A DNA stretch of 47,203 nucleotides. It comes from Gemmatimonadales bacterium (lineage in GTDB: Bacteria; Gemmatimonadota; Gemmatimonadetes; Gemmatimonadales; GWC2-71-9). Of the stretch, positions 37,186 through 45,665 are shown piece by piece. Position 1 is the stretch's first letter. Each line of letters starts with the position of its first letter. The notes beneath the pieces were generated by a model. That model was not told the DNA's origin and searched no databases. It saw only the letters and a list, made by a program, of their open reading frames with translations. The stretch lies in the NCBI GenBank assembly GCA_013813435.1, contig JACCRS010000216.1, positions 1 through 47,203 of the forward strand, written 5' to 3'. A program made the position numbers and the translations under genes.

Positions 37186-37248
37186 CTATCAGCTATTGTC
37201 ATTGGAGCAGGTTCGCCCGCCCATGACTATAGCCGATAGCTAATGACT
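37170..37248. repeat. Inverted heptamer arrays (AGCTATC)n ... (GATAGCT)n between convergent genes
   Basis: agctatc agcgctt agctatc agctatt ... tatagcc gatagct aatgact. Confidence 0.7.
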
Positions 37249-37263
37249 TAACAGTGCCAGCGC

Positions 37264-37743
37264 TTACCTTGCCGGCGGCGCCAGGTTTCCGCAAGCAACG
37301 ATCGTCCCCATGTTGGCGGTCGATGCGTGCACGTTGACGAAGAAGGTTCCCGTCCTCGGCAGCGGAATCGGCAAGGTGGCAGTGCTTGTGGCCCGCCCGT
37401 TGCCTTCCACCTTGAGCGGCTTGTAGGAGTCAGTGGGACCGACGATGCCCTGATCCGAGCCGCACTGCCCCCGATGGATGTGCCAGGGATGCGCTCCGCC
37501 GGGTGCGGCGTTGGCTATCTCGGCCTGAACCCGGGTTTCACCTGAATTCTTCTCATCCGCAGCCATCCAGCCTTGCCCCCCGATCTGAAGGGCGCCGGAA
37601 AGGCTAGCAGGGGTGGACAGTGTGGCGTTCCAGCGGGGGCCGAGCGGCTGATTTTTGGGGTTGATCTCAACCGGCTGCCGCCCACCGCAGGAAGTCCCGG
37701 CGAGCGCAAAGAGAATCAGAGTGGCAGGGGTGTAGGCCTTCAT
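37264..37743 (-). CDS. Lipoprotein with CHRD / Cu,Zn-SOD-like His motifs
   Basis: Lipobox GTSC; HPWHIHRGQCG, VNVH, VACGNL; SD GGAGA before ATG 37743. Confidence 0.7.
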   Translation of the reverse strand: MKAYTPATLILFALAGTSCGGRQPVEINPKNQPLGPRWNATLSTPASLSGALQIGGQGWMAADEKNSGETRVQAEIANAAPGGAHPWHIHRGQCGSDQGIVGPTDSYKPLKVEGNGRATSTATLPIPLPRTGTFFVNVHASTANMGTIVACGNLAPPAR

Positions 37744-37855
37744 GTGGTTCTCCGAACGCGGGGGTGTCAGACAAGGGGGTGCGAGGTCACCTCGCGCCTT
37801 CGCCGGGCTATATGGGTCCACCGACGCGGTTTCGCCGTGACGAGCGACACAGGCG

Positions 37856-39097
37856 CTACTTGAAAAGGTGCTGGTATCTCAGCTTATCGCCTGACCCCCA
37901 GGGACGGTAGCGGTTCGCGAAATCGATCCGATCCCCCAAGGCCGGGTGACTTCCCCGCCAGAGCATATAAAGCGACCCCGGTCGGGGCACCGCGAGATTC
38001 TCCTCCTGAAGCCGCACGAATGTAGCCGCAGCTGCACGATTGTTACGGGTAATTTCGAGAGCGAATCTGTCGGCCTCGCGCTCCTGGTAGCGGCTGAAAG
38101 CCATCACACCGGGGGCCAAGATCAGTGACACCACGCCACCCAGCAGCAAGAGTAGCGGAAAGGATGCGACGTCCGAAAGTCGCTGAAAGCCAAAGCGGGA
38201 TGAAAATCGCCCGATCAGCCCACCAGCCAGCCGGTGCACGACGTAGAGCGACGTAGTGGTGAGAATCGTCGCCCCAAGAATCACCGCAAGCGTGTGCCGC
38301 AGGACAAAGTGACCCATCTCGTGCGCGGTAACAAATACGATCTGGTCGCCAGTCAGCTTTCCCACGCTTGTGTCCCACAGCACGATACGTTTGGAACCGC
38401 CGAAACCGGTCACATAGGCGTTTACCGCCCGGGTATCGATGCTCTTGTTCACCTGATACACCCGGCTCTTTCCGATACCCGCCCTCCGGGCTAGCGCCAC
38501 TATCCTGGCCTCCAGCGCCTTGTCTTTCATCGGGCCGTAGTCGTTGAAGATCGGGTCCACCCAAATCGGGCTGATAACCAGCAGCACGGTGGTGAGGGGG
38601 ACGGTGGCAACACCGGCATAGAGCCACCATCGCGCTGCACTGAGCCGGAGCAGAAAGTAGGGAATCCACAGGACCAGAGAAAGTCCGATCGCGCTCACCC
38701 CCGACCCCTTGAGCCACTCCCCCATCCATCTGCCGAAGGTCTGATTGGACAGACCATACTCATGCTGGCGCAGAAATCCCGCGTAGTAGGCCACCGGAAG
38801 GGTGAGCAATGCGGTGAGCAGCGTGAAAAGCAGAGCGTAAAGCGCGACAGTCGCCAGCCATCTACGTCCGACCCGTTCTGCCAGCGTTCGAAGCCGGGCC
38901 GACATTCCGCTGAAGAGCAATAGCGCGGGAATCAGGAGACCGAGACCGGTTTCGGCTGCCCAGAGCACGTTGCCACTCCTGTGGTAGCGAATGGCCAGCT
39001 CGCTTGGCTCCGGCACGGCCACGGCCTCCCCTTGCGTCGCCGGTGCGCTCGCCTCCGATTGGCCGCTCGATTTGATGTAGTGGATCGTCAGCTGCAT
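37856..39097 (-). CDS. M48 family (Ste24-like) membrane metalloprotease
   Basis: YGLSNQT, NAYVTG.G.SKRIVLWDT, HEMGH, EREADRFA, SHP. Confidence 0.93.
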   Translation of the reverse strand: MQLTIHYIKSSGQSEASAPATQGEAVAVPEPSELAIRYHRSGNVLWAAETGLGLLIPALLLFSGMSARLRTLAERVGRRWLATVALYALLFTLLTALLTLPVAYYAGFLRQHEYGLSNQTFGRWMGEWLKGSGVSAIGLSLVLWIPYFLLRLSAARWWLYAGVATVPLTTVLLVISPIWVDPIFNDYGPMKDKALEARIVALARRAGIGKSRVYQVNKSIDTRAVNAYVTGFGGSKRIVLWDTSVGKLTGDQIVFVTAHEMGHFVLRHTLAVILGATILTTTSLYVVHRLAGGLIGRFSSRFGFQRLSDVASFPLLLLLGGVVSLILAPGVMAFSRYQEREADRFALEITRNNRAAAATFVRLQEENLAVPRPGSLYMLWRGSHPALGDRIDFANRYRPWGSGDKLRYQHLFK

Positions 39098-39244
39098 GGA
39101 ACTATCGCCAGAGAGCGGTCGAGAACCTCTGCGGCACGAGGAGGTGGGGTCTCCCCATAGCGCCCGATGTCTGCTACACTAACCACGCAGAAGTAAATCA
39201 ATGGTTTCCAGCCCGGATGCAGCCTGTCACCTCATGAGGCCATC

Positions 39245-39466
39245 ATGCGTGCACTGTTTGCCCTACTCGCCGTTTTGGGCCTGGCCGGTATCGTTTTTGG
39301 CGTAATAACAATTATCCAGGGTGCACAGCGGGAGCCGTTCAGCTATGAAAACTACGGTGGGCCGGGCGCGATCATCGGCGGTTTGATGTTGATCGCCCTT
39401 GGTCTCTATCTGCTGTCTGTCTGGCCCAGAATAGAGCCCCGTTCCCGAGGAGTGAATCACCACTAA
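39245..39466 (+). CDS. Small two-TM membrane protein
   Basis: SD GAGG; two hydrophobic helices. Confidence 0.65.
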   Translation: MRALFALLAVLGLAGIVFGVITIIQGAQREPFSYENYGGPGAIIGGLMLIALGLYLLSVWPRIEPRSRGVNHH

Positions 39467-39501
39467 CCCACCCCAGTGCACTTTAAAGATTGGAGCCGAT
39501 C

Positions 39502-39717
39502 ATGCGACCGCAAGCCCTGATTGGGATCGTCCTCGTAGTTCTCGGTGCCTTCATAGTTTTCCGGGGCATGAGCTACTCTTCGCGCGACGAGGTGCTGAAG
39601 GTGGGCGATGTAAAGGCGTCGGTGGAATCCAAGAAGGCTATCCCGACCTGGGCCGGGGGCGCGGCCATCGTTGCCGGCATCGTTCTCCTGGCCGCAGGGA
39701 TGAAGCGGCGGGCTTGA
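39502..39717 (+). CDS. Small membrane protein (DUF3185-like)
   Basis: IGIVLVVLG ... VLKVGD ... IPTWAGGAAIVAGIVLL; SD GGAG. Confidence 0.75.
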   Translation: MRPQALIGIVLVVLGAFIVFRGMSYSSRDEVLKVGDVKASVESKKAIPTWAGGAAIVAGIVLLAAGMKRRA

Positions 39718-39730
39718 TCTCCCGAATTTC

Positions 39731-40051
39731 GTGAGCTACCAGCAGATCTATCATGTGGTTCGTCGGATCCCCAGGGGACGCGTGGCCACCTACGGTCAGG
39801 TCGCCATCCTTGCGGGTCTTGGGGGACACGCCCGCCAGGTAGGGTATGCACTCCATGCGCTCGATGACGGGAGCGCAGTCCCTTGGCACCGGGTGGTAAA
39901 TGCGGCCGGCCGGATCAGCGCACGCGCTTCTCCCGGTGGAGAGCTGGTCCAGCAGCTGTTGCTGGAAAGAGAGGGGGTACATCTGGATTCGCGCGGGCGC
40001 GTCTCGCTTGATCAGGTACGCTGGCAGCCGCGGTTCCGGTCCCTCGAATGA
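39731..40051 (+). CDS. atl: Alkyltransferase-like protein (MGMT family, Trp replacing the catalytic Cys)
   Basis: IPRGRVATYGQVA, ARQVG.AL, PWHRVVN, Q..LLE.EG. Confidence 0.88.
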   Translation: MSYQQIYHVVRRIPRGRVATYGQVAILAGLGGHARQVGYALHALDDGSAVPWHRVVNAAGRISARASPGGELVQQLLLEREGVHLDSRGRVSLDQVRWQPRFRSLE

Positions 40052-40953
40052 TCGTCCAGGTTCTGGGCGTGCCGATGGATCTTGGCTCGGGACGGCGAGG
40101 GGTCGATATGGGTCCCTCAGCGATCCGGATCGCGGGTCTGGCTGATCGCCTGAAAGAGCTGGGGCACAAGGTTGTGGACGGCGGCGATCTCGTCATCAAG
40201 AACATGGAGGAGCTGAAGGTTGGGAATGAGCGGGCCCGATACCTGGGAGAAATCGCGCGGGTCTCCGCAGTCCTGGCTCGGAAGGTCGAAAACATCATGG
40301 AGCGGGGCCAGTTTCCCCTCGTGCTTGGCGGAGACCATTCGATCGCGGTTGGCAGCGTCTCGGGCATCGCTGCCCTGTGTCAGCGCCAGGGTAAGAAGCT
40401 CGGCCTCCTGTGGATCGATGCCCACGGCGACATCAACACGCCGGAGACCTCACCTTCCGGAAACATCCACGGAATGCCTCTGGCTACCCTGCTTGGCTTC
40501 GGTGTCAAAGAGCTGACGGAGGTCGGCGGTGTGTTTCCCAAGGTCGAAGCGGAGAATATCGCCCTGGTTGGCATCCGAAGCCTGGACTCGGGTGAGAAGA
40601 GCCGCCTGAAGGAGCAGGGGGTACAGGTTCACACCATGGCCGACATCGACCGCCACGGCGTGCACCGTATAATGAAGAAGGCGCTGGCCCGGGTTACCGA
40701 CGGCACTGACTATGTGCACGTGAGCTTCGACCTGGACGCGGTAGATCCCACTGTGGCGCCCGGGGTGGGCACTCCCGTAAAAGGGGGACTCGATTACCGG
40801 GAGGCACATCTGATCATGGAAGTGATCGCTGACGCATCGGTGATGACTTCATTGGAGATGGTCGAGGTGAATCCGATACTCGACCAGGGAAATGCCTCAG
40901 CTACATTCGCCGTCGAACTGGTTCAGTCTGCATTCGGCAAAAAGATCCTGTAG
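40048..40953 (+). CDS. rocF: Arginase
   Basis: RRGVDMGPSAIR, GGDHS, DAHGDINT, SGNIHGMP, SFDLDAVDP..APGVGT, VEVNP. Confidence 0.96.
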   Translation: MIVQVLGVPMDLGSGRRGVDMGPSAIRIAGLADRLKELGHKVVDGGDLVIKNMEELKVGNERARYLGEIARVSAVLARKVENIMERGQFPLVLGGDHSIAVGSVSGIAALCQRQGKKLGLLWIDAHGDINTPETSPSGNIHGMPLATLLGFGVKELTEVGGVFPKVEAENIALVGIRSLDSGEKSRLKEQGVQVHTMADIDRHGVHRIMKKALARVTDGTDYVHVSFDLDAVDPTVAPGVGTPVKGGLDYREAHLIMEVIADASVMTSLEMVEVNPILDQGNASATFAVELVQSAFGKKIL

Positions 40954-40987
40954 GCCCGCCCGCCCTTCGAAAGGGCCCTGGGCAGGC
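40954..40987 (+). repeat. REP-like hairpin after the arginase stop codon
   Basis: gcccgccc gcccttcgaaagggc cct gggcaggc. Confidence 0.55.
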
Positions 40988-41106
40988 TCTCTCTCGGGCG
41001 CGCACCAATTGCCAACGCCGCGGGAGGGTAGGTAGAATAGGTCCCATCAGTACCGGCTGGATCCGGGCTTCGGCCGGACAGCGGATCCCACTCAGGATGT
41101 CGGGGG

Positions 41107-41394
41107 ATGAAGATGTTCGACTTCGATCATAGTCCCCAGCGTTTCCAATCAGCGCAGCTTCGGGGCCGTCGGTCGACGGCGGCCGCAAACAGCGGCAGTC
41201 ATCCCCTTGAGGCCAGAGTCAAACCCGAGTGGGTACACCTGTATCCCGGAGTCGATCCGAAGCTTTGGTATCTAGTGGTGCAGGAAGGCGAGTATAAGGA
41301 CGATATGGAGGGACTTTGGATCCAGGTCACCGATTGGGTTACTTATGTACTGGCCAAGCATTTCGATCTACAGGCCAGCCCGGAAGTGCACTGA
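41107..41394 (+). CDS. Hypothetical protein
   Basis: GGGGG SD-like run; aromatic-rich globular C-terminal half. Confidence 0.55.
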   Translation: MKMFDFDHSPQRFQSAQLRGRRSTAAANSGSHPLEARVKPEWVHLYPGVDPKLWYLVVQEGEYKDDMEGLWIQVTDWVTYVLAKHFDLQASPEVH

Positions 41395-41399
41395 CCCGG

Positions 41400-41792
41400 T
41401 CACTGTTCGATCGGTTCTGCCAATAACTGGCGGACCTTTCTGGTCAGCTGTTCCGATGTGAATGGCTTCTGGATGAACGGTGCGGTCGGATCCAGCTCTC
41501 CTTCATCCACGATGCGCCTTGCCGGAAATCCCGACATAAAAAGCACCCGGACTCTGGGCCAACAGCGTGAGATCGTTTCTCCCAGCTGCCGCCCTCCCAG
41601 CCCCGGCATCGCCACGTCGGTGAGCACGCCGTCGATACGGCTGGAAGAGCGCTGCAGAACCCGTACAGCCTCCTCACCCCCGCTGGCTTCCAGCACTCGG
41701 TATCCCTCTCCCGCAAGTATCCGCGCAGCGAGCCGCCTTACCATCTCCTCGTCGTCCACGACAAGTACGGTCTCGCGGCCCGGTGGCGTCAC
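41400..41792 (-). CDS. Stand-alone response regulator receiver (CheY-like)
   Basis: VLVVDDE, LTDVAMPG (phospho-Asp), FMSG, IQKPF. Confidence 0.9.
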   Translation of the reverse strand: MTPPGRETVLVVDDEEMVRRLAARILAGEGYRVLEASGGEEAVRVLQRSSSRIDGVLTDVAMPGLGGRQLGETISRCWPRVRVLFMSGFPARRIVDEGELDPTAPFIQKPFTSEQLTRKVRQLLAEPIEQ

Positions 41793-42043
41793 TCAGAACG
41801 TCTCCGTCGTAGCAAGAAATGAGTCGAAGCTCGACTGCAACCGGCACGGGTGACGGCTGCCAGGGTGGAGAAGAGCCTCGGGGCTTGTGCGTGAGCATCA
41901 TACAAGGGTTGCACGATGTTCCTTGAGAGAGGAAACAGCCCAAAGGCGATCAACGATGGGCCGCCCAAACGGGGACAAGTATTAGACGGTAGCGGCCATG
42001 AGGCCGTGCCGAGTGTCACAGGAAAGAGTGCTATACGGCTCAC

Positions 42044-42310
42044 CTATCTGGTGCGACCCCGCGCTTGGTCGCCGAGGAACCGCAGCATCTCCGCCGTCCG
42101 TTCGAAAACCCGCACGTCGGGTGAGGCAAGCGCCCGATCCCGGGGGAGCAACTTCAAGTCGAGGTGCGGCCAATGGCTCCCGAGATGCAGGGCTGAGATG
42201 GGAGCCCCCACTCGCGCACAGAACGCCTGCAGCTCGTTTATGTCGTTCGTGGTGGAAAGTACGTGCGACCAGCCGCGTGCGTAGATGTTCTCCCGGTCCA
42301 TTACGATCAC
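42044..42310 (-). CDS. DUF4031-like small protein
   Basis: WSHVLS..DINELQAFCARVG...HLDL...RDRAL pattern; GTG 42310 overlaps the upstream stop (GTGA). Confidence 0.6.
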   Translation of the reverse strand: MIVMDRENIYARGWSHVLSTTNDINELQAFCARVGAPISALHLGSHWPHLDLKLLPRDRALASPDVRVFERTAEMLRFLGDQARGRTR

Positions 42311-42570
42311 CGGCAGAGGCCCTCTTGCAGGAAGGCAACAGCTCGCCGGATAACGTTGGGGTCCCGCACCAACATTCGATGGCCCAGTCCAGCTGTGGTC
42401 ATCAGCTCGGCCCTTGGCCACGCGCTGGCGATCTGTTCGCCGTGAGCGTATGGCACGTCCGGATCGTCGCGGTCGTGACGATCAGAACTGGAGCAACCAT
42501 CCCACGGGCCAGAGTCGGAATGTGCAACTTTTCCACCGGATCTGAAAACGGTTTTCCAGGTTTCGAAATC
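42307..42570 (-). pseudogene. Alpha/beta-hydrolase C-terminal remnant with two frameshifts
   Basis: Joined frames read RNLENRFQIRW / KLHIPTLARGMVAPVLIV / HDRDDPDVPYAHGEQIASAWPRAELMTTAGLGHRMLVRDPNVIRRAVAFLQEGLCR*. Confidence 0.75.
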
Positions 42571-42830
42571 GCTTCGGCCCAGCGCGCAGCAATGCCCGGG
42601 GCAACCGTGACCATAGTGCGAACGCGATGCGGAGCACCAAAAGGGGATAGCGCCTTTCGATCAGTAGACTCCCTCAGCATTGCTTCCTGGATAGATCCAG
42701 GCCCTTCCCCAGAGTATGTCGGCAGAGGGACCGGTGCCAAGGGCTGGTGACGAACATCACCCGGCGCGGCAACCTGAGCCCTTACAATGAACCTAGTTCT
42801 CTCGCGATAATTTCGACAAAGGAGGTCTTG

Positions 42831-43199
42831 ATGTCAGATCCGAACGCCTTCGACCGCGTCTCACCCGCGGAAGAGCCTGCCTGGCAGGCTGCGTGGGAAA
42901 CCGAGGACAACTACTGGGCCGAGAACTTCTCCAGCCGGCCTTACGCGCTGGGCCCGGACTTTTATGACAGATTCCGCCCGGCCTATCGCTACGGTTTCGA
43001 GTCGGCTCAGCACCACGTGGGCCGGCCGTGGGAAGACGCGGAGCCGGACCTCGAGAAAGGCTGGGAGCGTTACGAGCAGCGCAGCGAGACCTCTTCCACC
43101 TGGGATGAGATCAAGGAAGCTGTGCGGGACGCCTGGGATCGGGTGACTGGCGGCACGACGGCCAAAGCAGAGGAGCGAAACCCACAGGTACGCGAATAG
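42831..43199 (+). CDS. Hypothetical acidic/aromatic small protein
   Basis: Strong SD AAGGAGGT; EDNYW..FSSRPY, YRYG, WEDAEPDL..GW, WDEIKEAVRDAWDRV. Confidence 0.8.
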   Translation: MSDPNAFDRVSPAEEPAWQAAWETEDNYWAENFSSRPYALGPDFYDRFRPAYRYGFESAQHHVGRPWEDAEPDLEKGWERYEQRSETSSTWDEIKEAVRDAWDRVTGGTTAKAEERNPQVRE

Positions 43200-43236
43200 G
43201 CCAGGAAACCGAAGGGCGGACGGGCGGGGGGTTTCC

Positions 43237-44091
43237 ATGCCACGGAAGCCGACTTCTCCAGAGTTCAGCGAGGCCCGAACCACCGGGGAATCGATCCGTG
43301 AGTACGGCCGGGGGGTCGCTGGAGGGCTCATCTTCAGCCTCCCCCTGCTTTACACCGCCGAGGTTTGGTGGGCAGGATATACCATGGAAGCCCCCCGCCA
43401 GCTCAGCTATGTTGTCATCACTTTCCTACTGCTGCTCGGCTATAACCGCTATGTCGGGCTGCATCCGGACACGAGCTGGGCCGAGGTGGGAATCGATTCC
43501 GTCGAGGAGCTGGGGCTCGGCCTGCTGCTCTCGGCAATGATCCTCTATACCTTGGGCCGCATCGGTCCGGAACAGCAGGTCGACGAAATCGTCGGGCTCA
43601 TCGTGGTAGAAGCGATGACGATTGCGATCGGCGTCTCAGTCGGCACAGCTCAGCTCGGCGGAGAGCCAGGTCCCGGGAAGAGCGGCGGTGACAAAGCCAC
43701 CTTCGGCGGGCAGCTCGTGCTTGGTTGCTGCGGCGCGGTGCTTTTCGCGGCCAACATCGCGCCCACGGAGGAGGTGGTTGTGCTTGGCTCCGAGCTCTCA
43801 CCGTACCGCCTGATAGCGCTCATTCTGATATCCATGTCCCTTGGCGCCCTCATTCTCCACTACAGCGACTTCCGGGGTGCCGACCGCCTGGTCGGCGACG
43901 GCACGGTGGGCGCCGTGCTGCACGGAACGGTTGTGACCTATGCCGTCGCAGTTGCCGTGTCTGCGACGATCCTCTGGGTGTTCGGGCGGTTTGAGGGCGT
44001 TGGACTCACCCCGGTCGTCGGGCAAACCATAGTGCTCGGTCTGCCCGCGACCCTGGGCGCTTCTGCCGGGAGACTACTGCTCAATGAATAG
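43237..44091 (+). CDS. TIGR02587 (DUF2391) family membrane protein
   Basis: RGVAGGLIFSLPLLYT.EVWW, FAANIAPTEEV, LGLPATLGASAGRLL. Confidence 0.85.
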   Translation: MPRKPTSPEFSEARTTGESIREYGRGVAGGLIFSLPLLYTAEVWWAGYTMEAPRQLSYVVITFLLLLGYNRYVGLHPDTSWAEVGIDSVEELGLGLLLSAMILYTLGRIGPEQQVDEIVGLIVVEAMTIAIGVSVGTAQLGGEPGPGKSGGDKATFGGQLVLGCCGAVLFAANIAPTEEVVVLGSELSPYRLIALILISMSLGALILHYSDFRGADRLVGDGTVGAVLHGTVVTYAVAVAVSATILWVFGRFEGVGLTPVVGQTIVLGLPATLGASAGRLLLNE

Positions 44092-44467
44092 GTCTCTCGA
44101 CAAGAACGCGCTCGAATGGACGGTGTTCGGCATAGGGCTGGCTCTGGTTCTCGGAACGCTGGGATATCTCGTACGCGAAGCCGCCACGACCGGCTCCAAG
44201 CCGCCCGATCTCGTGGTTCAGCTGGGGTCTCCCCAACGGATGACGCAGGGTTTCCAGGTCCCGGTGACGGTGTACAACCGGGGGGATGACGTCGCGGAAG
44301 ATGCGAGCGTAACGATCACTGTGGTCTCCAGGGCACAGCGGGAAGAGGCGATTCTCAACATCGCCTTCCTGCCGAATCAGGCCCGGCACCAGGGGTGGGT
44401 GATGTTCCGGAGTAACCCGAGGGACGGGAAGCTTCAGGTGGGACCCGTGGTGTACGCATCGCCTTGA
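44084..44467 (+). CDS. TIGR02588 family protein
   Basis: KNALEWTVFGIGLALV, PPDL.V, V.VYNRG, FLP, DP-like NPRDG; overlaps the TIGR02587 gene. Confidence 0.8.
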   Translation: MNRSLDKNALEWTVFGIGLALVLGTLGYLVREAATTGSKPPDLVVQLGSPQRMTQGFQVPVTVYNRGDDVAEDASVTITVVSRAQREEAILNIAFLPNQARHQGWVMFRSNPRDGKLQVGPVVYASP

Positions 44468-44488
44468 GCCCCAGGGCATATTAAGTCC

Positions 44489-45646
44489 ATGGCTGATTCA
44501 ATCCGCGATCTTCTCTTCGGTGGTGCATCGAGTGGCCGTGATCTGGTCGACGCCGTAGAGCCGCGCCGCTCATTCGATGATGTGGTTCTTCCCGCCACCA
44601 CTCTGAGGGCCCTCAACAACGCCCTCGCCCTGGTGCGCAAGCACGACCTCATCTTTCAGCAGTGGGGCCTGGCGGAACGGCATTCGAGCGGTCTGGGGCT
44701 CGCCTTTCATTTCGCCGGACCTCCGGGCACCGGGAAGACGATATGCGCGGAGGCCCTGGCGTACGCACTGGACAAGAAGCTGCTCGTGGTTCGCTACGCC
44801 GAGTTGGAGTCTCGATGGGTAGGGCAAACCTCCAAGCACGTTGCCGCCGTATTTCGGGCGGCCGCGCGCCAGGATGCGGTTCTCTTCTTCGACGAAGCCG
44901 ATGCCATCGCAGGCCGGCGCTTTGCCTCCATCAGCGTAGCGTACGAGCGGGAGGCAAATGCCATCGTCAACGTGCTGCTCCACGAGCTCGAGAGCTTTCC
45001 TGGCGTGGTCATCTTTGCCACCAACCTGGCAGCCAACATCGACCCCGCCTTTGAGCGCCGGATCCGCACTCACATTCTCTTCGAGATGCCCGACATCGAA
45101 GAGCGGGAACGCATCTGGGGGGTGCAGCTCCACGCCCGCAAGACCCCACTGGCCGATGATGTAGACTTCCGCGCGCTGGCCGAGGCATATCCCCGAAGCG
45201 GCGGTGACATCAAGAACGCGGTACTCAAGGCGGCTCAGGTCGCTACGGTAGAGCCCGGCCCTGACTCGGAGAAGCAGATCCATCAGCGGCACTTTATCCA
45301 GGGCATGACGGAGGTCATGGCTGCTGAAAACGTTATGTCGCAGTCGCTGTTCGATGACCCGGCTGCTGGAGGTTCGCTCGGTGGGGTTATGGATCGGTTG
45401 GCGGAAGGGCAGGAAGAGCTACGAGGAGAGCTTGGGGTTCTGGCGGAGCGGGTCGATGCCCTGGACCACAAGGTGCGAGGATTCTCAGACCACCACTCCG
45501 CGGCCAGGGCTGAGCTGGAGCGCAGTCAGAGTCATCTGTTGGAGTCCTTCGCTTCCGGCCGGCGCGGAGAAGAACGGGTGCTGAGATATTCGGTCGCTGC
45601 GGCGGTGCTGCTTGCGGCCGCGGCTTTGGCGGTAGCGCTACTATAA
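44489..45646 (+). CDS. AAA+ ATPase with C-terminal coiled coil and TM anchor
   Basis: GPPGTGKT, SRWVGQT, FFDEAD, TNL...DPAFERR, SGGDIKN; C-terminal YSVAAAVLLAAAALAVALL. Confidence 0.9.
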   Translation: MADSIRDLLFGGASSGRDLVDAVEPRRSFDDVVLPATTLRALNNALALVRKHDLIFQQWGLAERHSSGLGLAFHFAGPPGTGKTICAEALAYALDKKLLVVRYAELESRWVGQTSKHVAAVFRAAARQDAVLFFDEADAIAGRRFASISVAYEREANAIVNVLLHELESFPGVVIFATNLAANIDPAFERRIRTHILFEMPDIEERERIWGVQLHARKTPLADDVDFRALAEAYPRSGGDIKNAVLKAAQVATVEPGPDSEKQIHQRHFIQGMTEVMAAENVMSQSLFDDPAAGGSLGGVMDRLAEGQEELRGELGVLAERVDALDHKVRGFSDHHSAARAELERSQSHLLESFASGRRGEERVLRYSVAAAVLLAAAALAVALL

Positions 45647-45665
45647 TGGATCTCGAGCTGCCGGC

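Noticed and set aside
41998-42750. 250-aa plus-strand ORF and other long antisense ORFs (1842-2768, 10180-11085, 30439-31326, 32746-33819)
   Set aside because: Shadow ORFs of GC-rich genes or the pseudogene on the opposite strand, with no recognisable motifs
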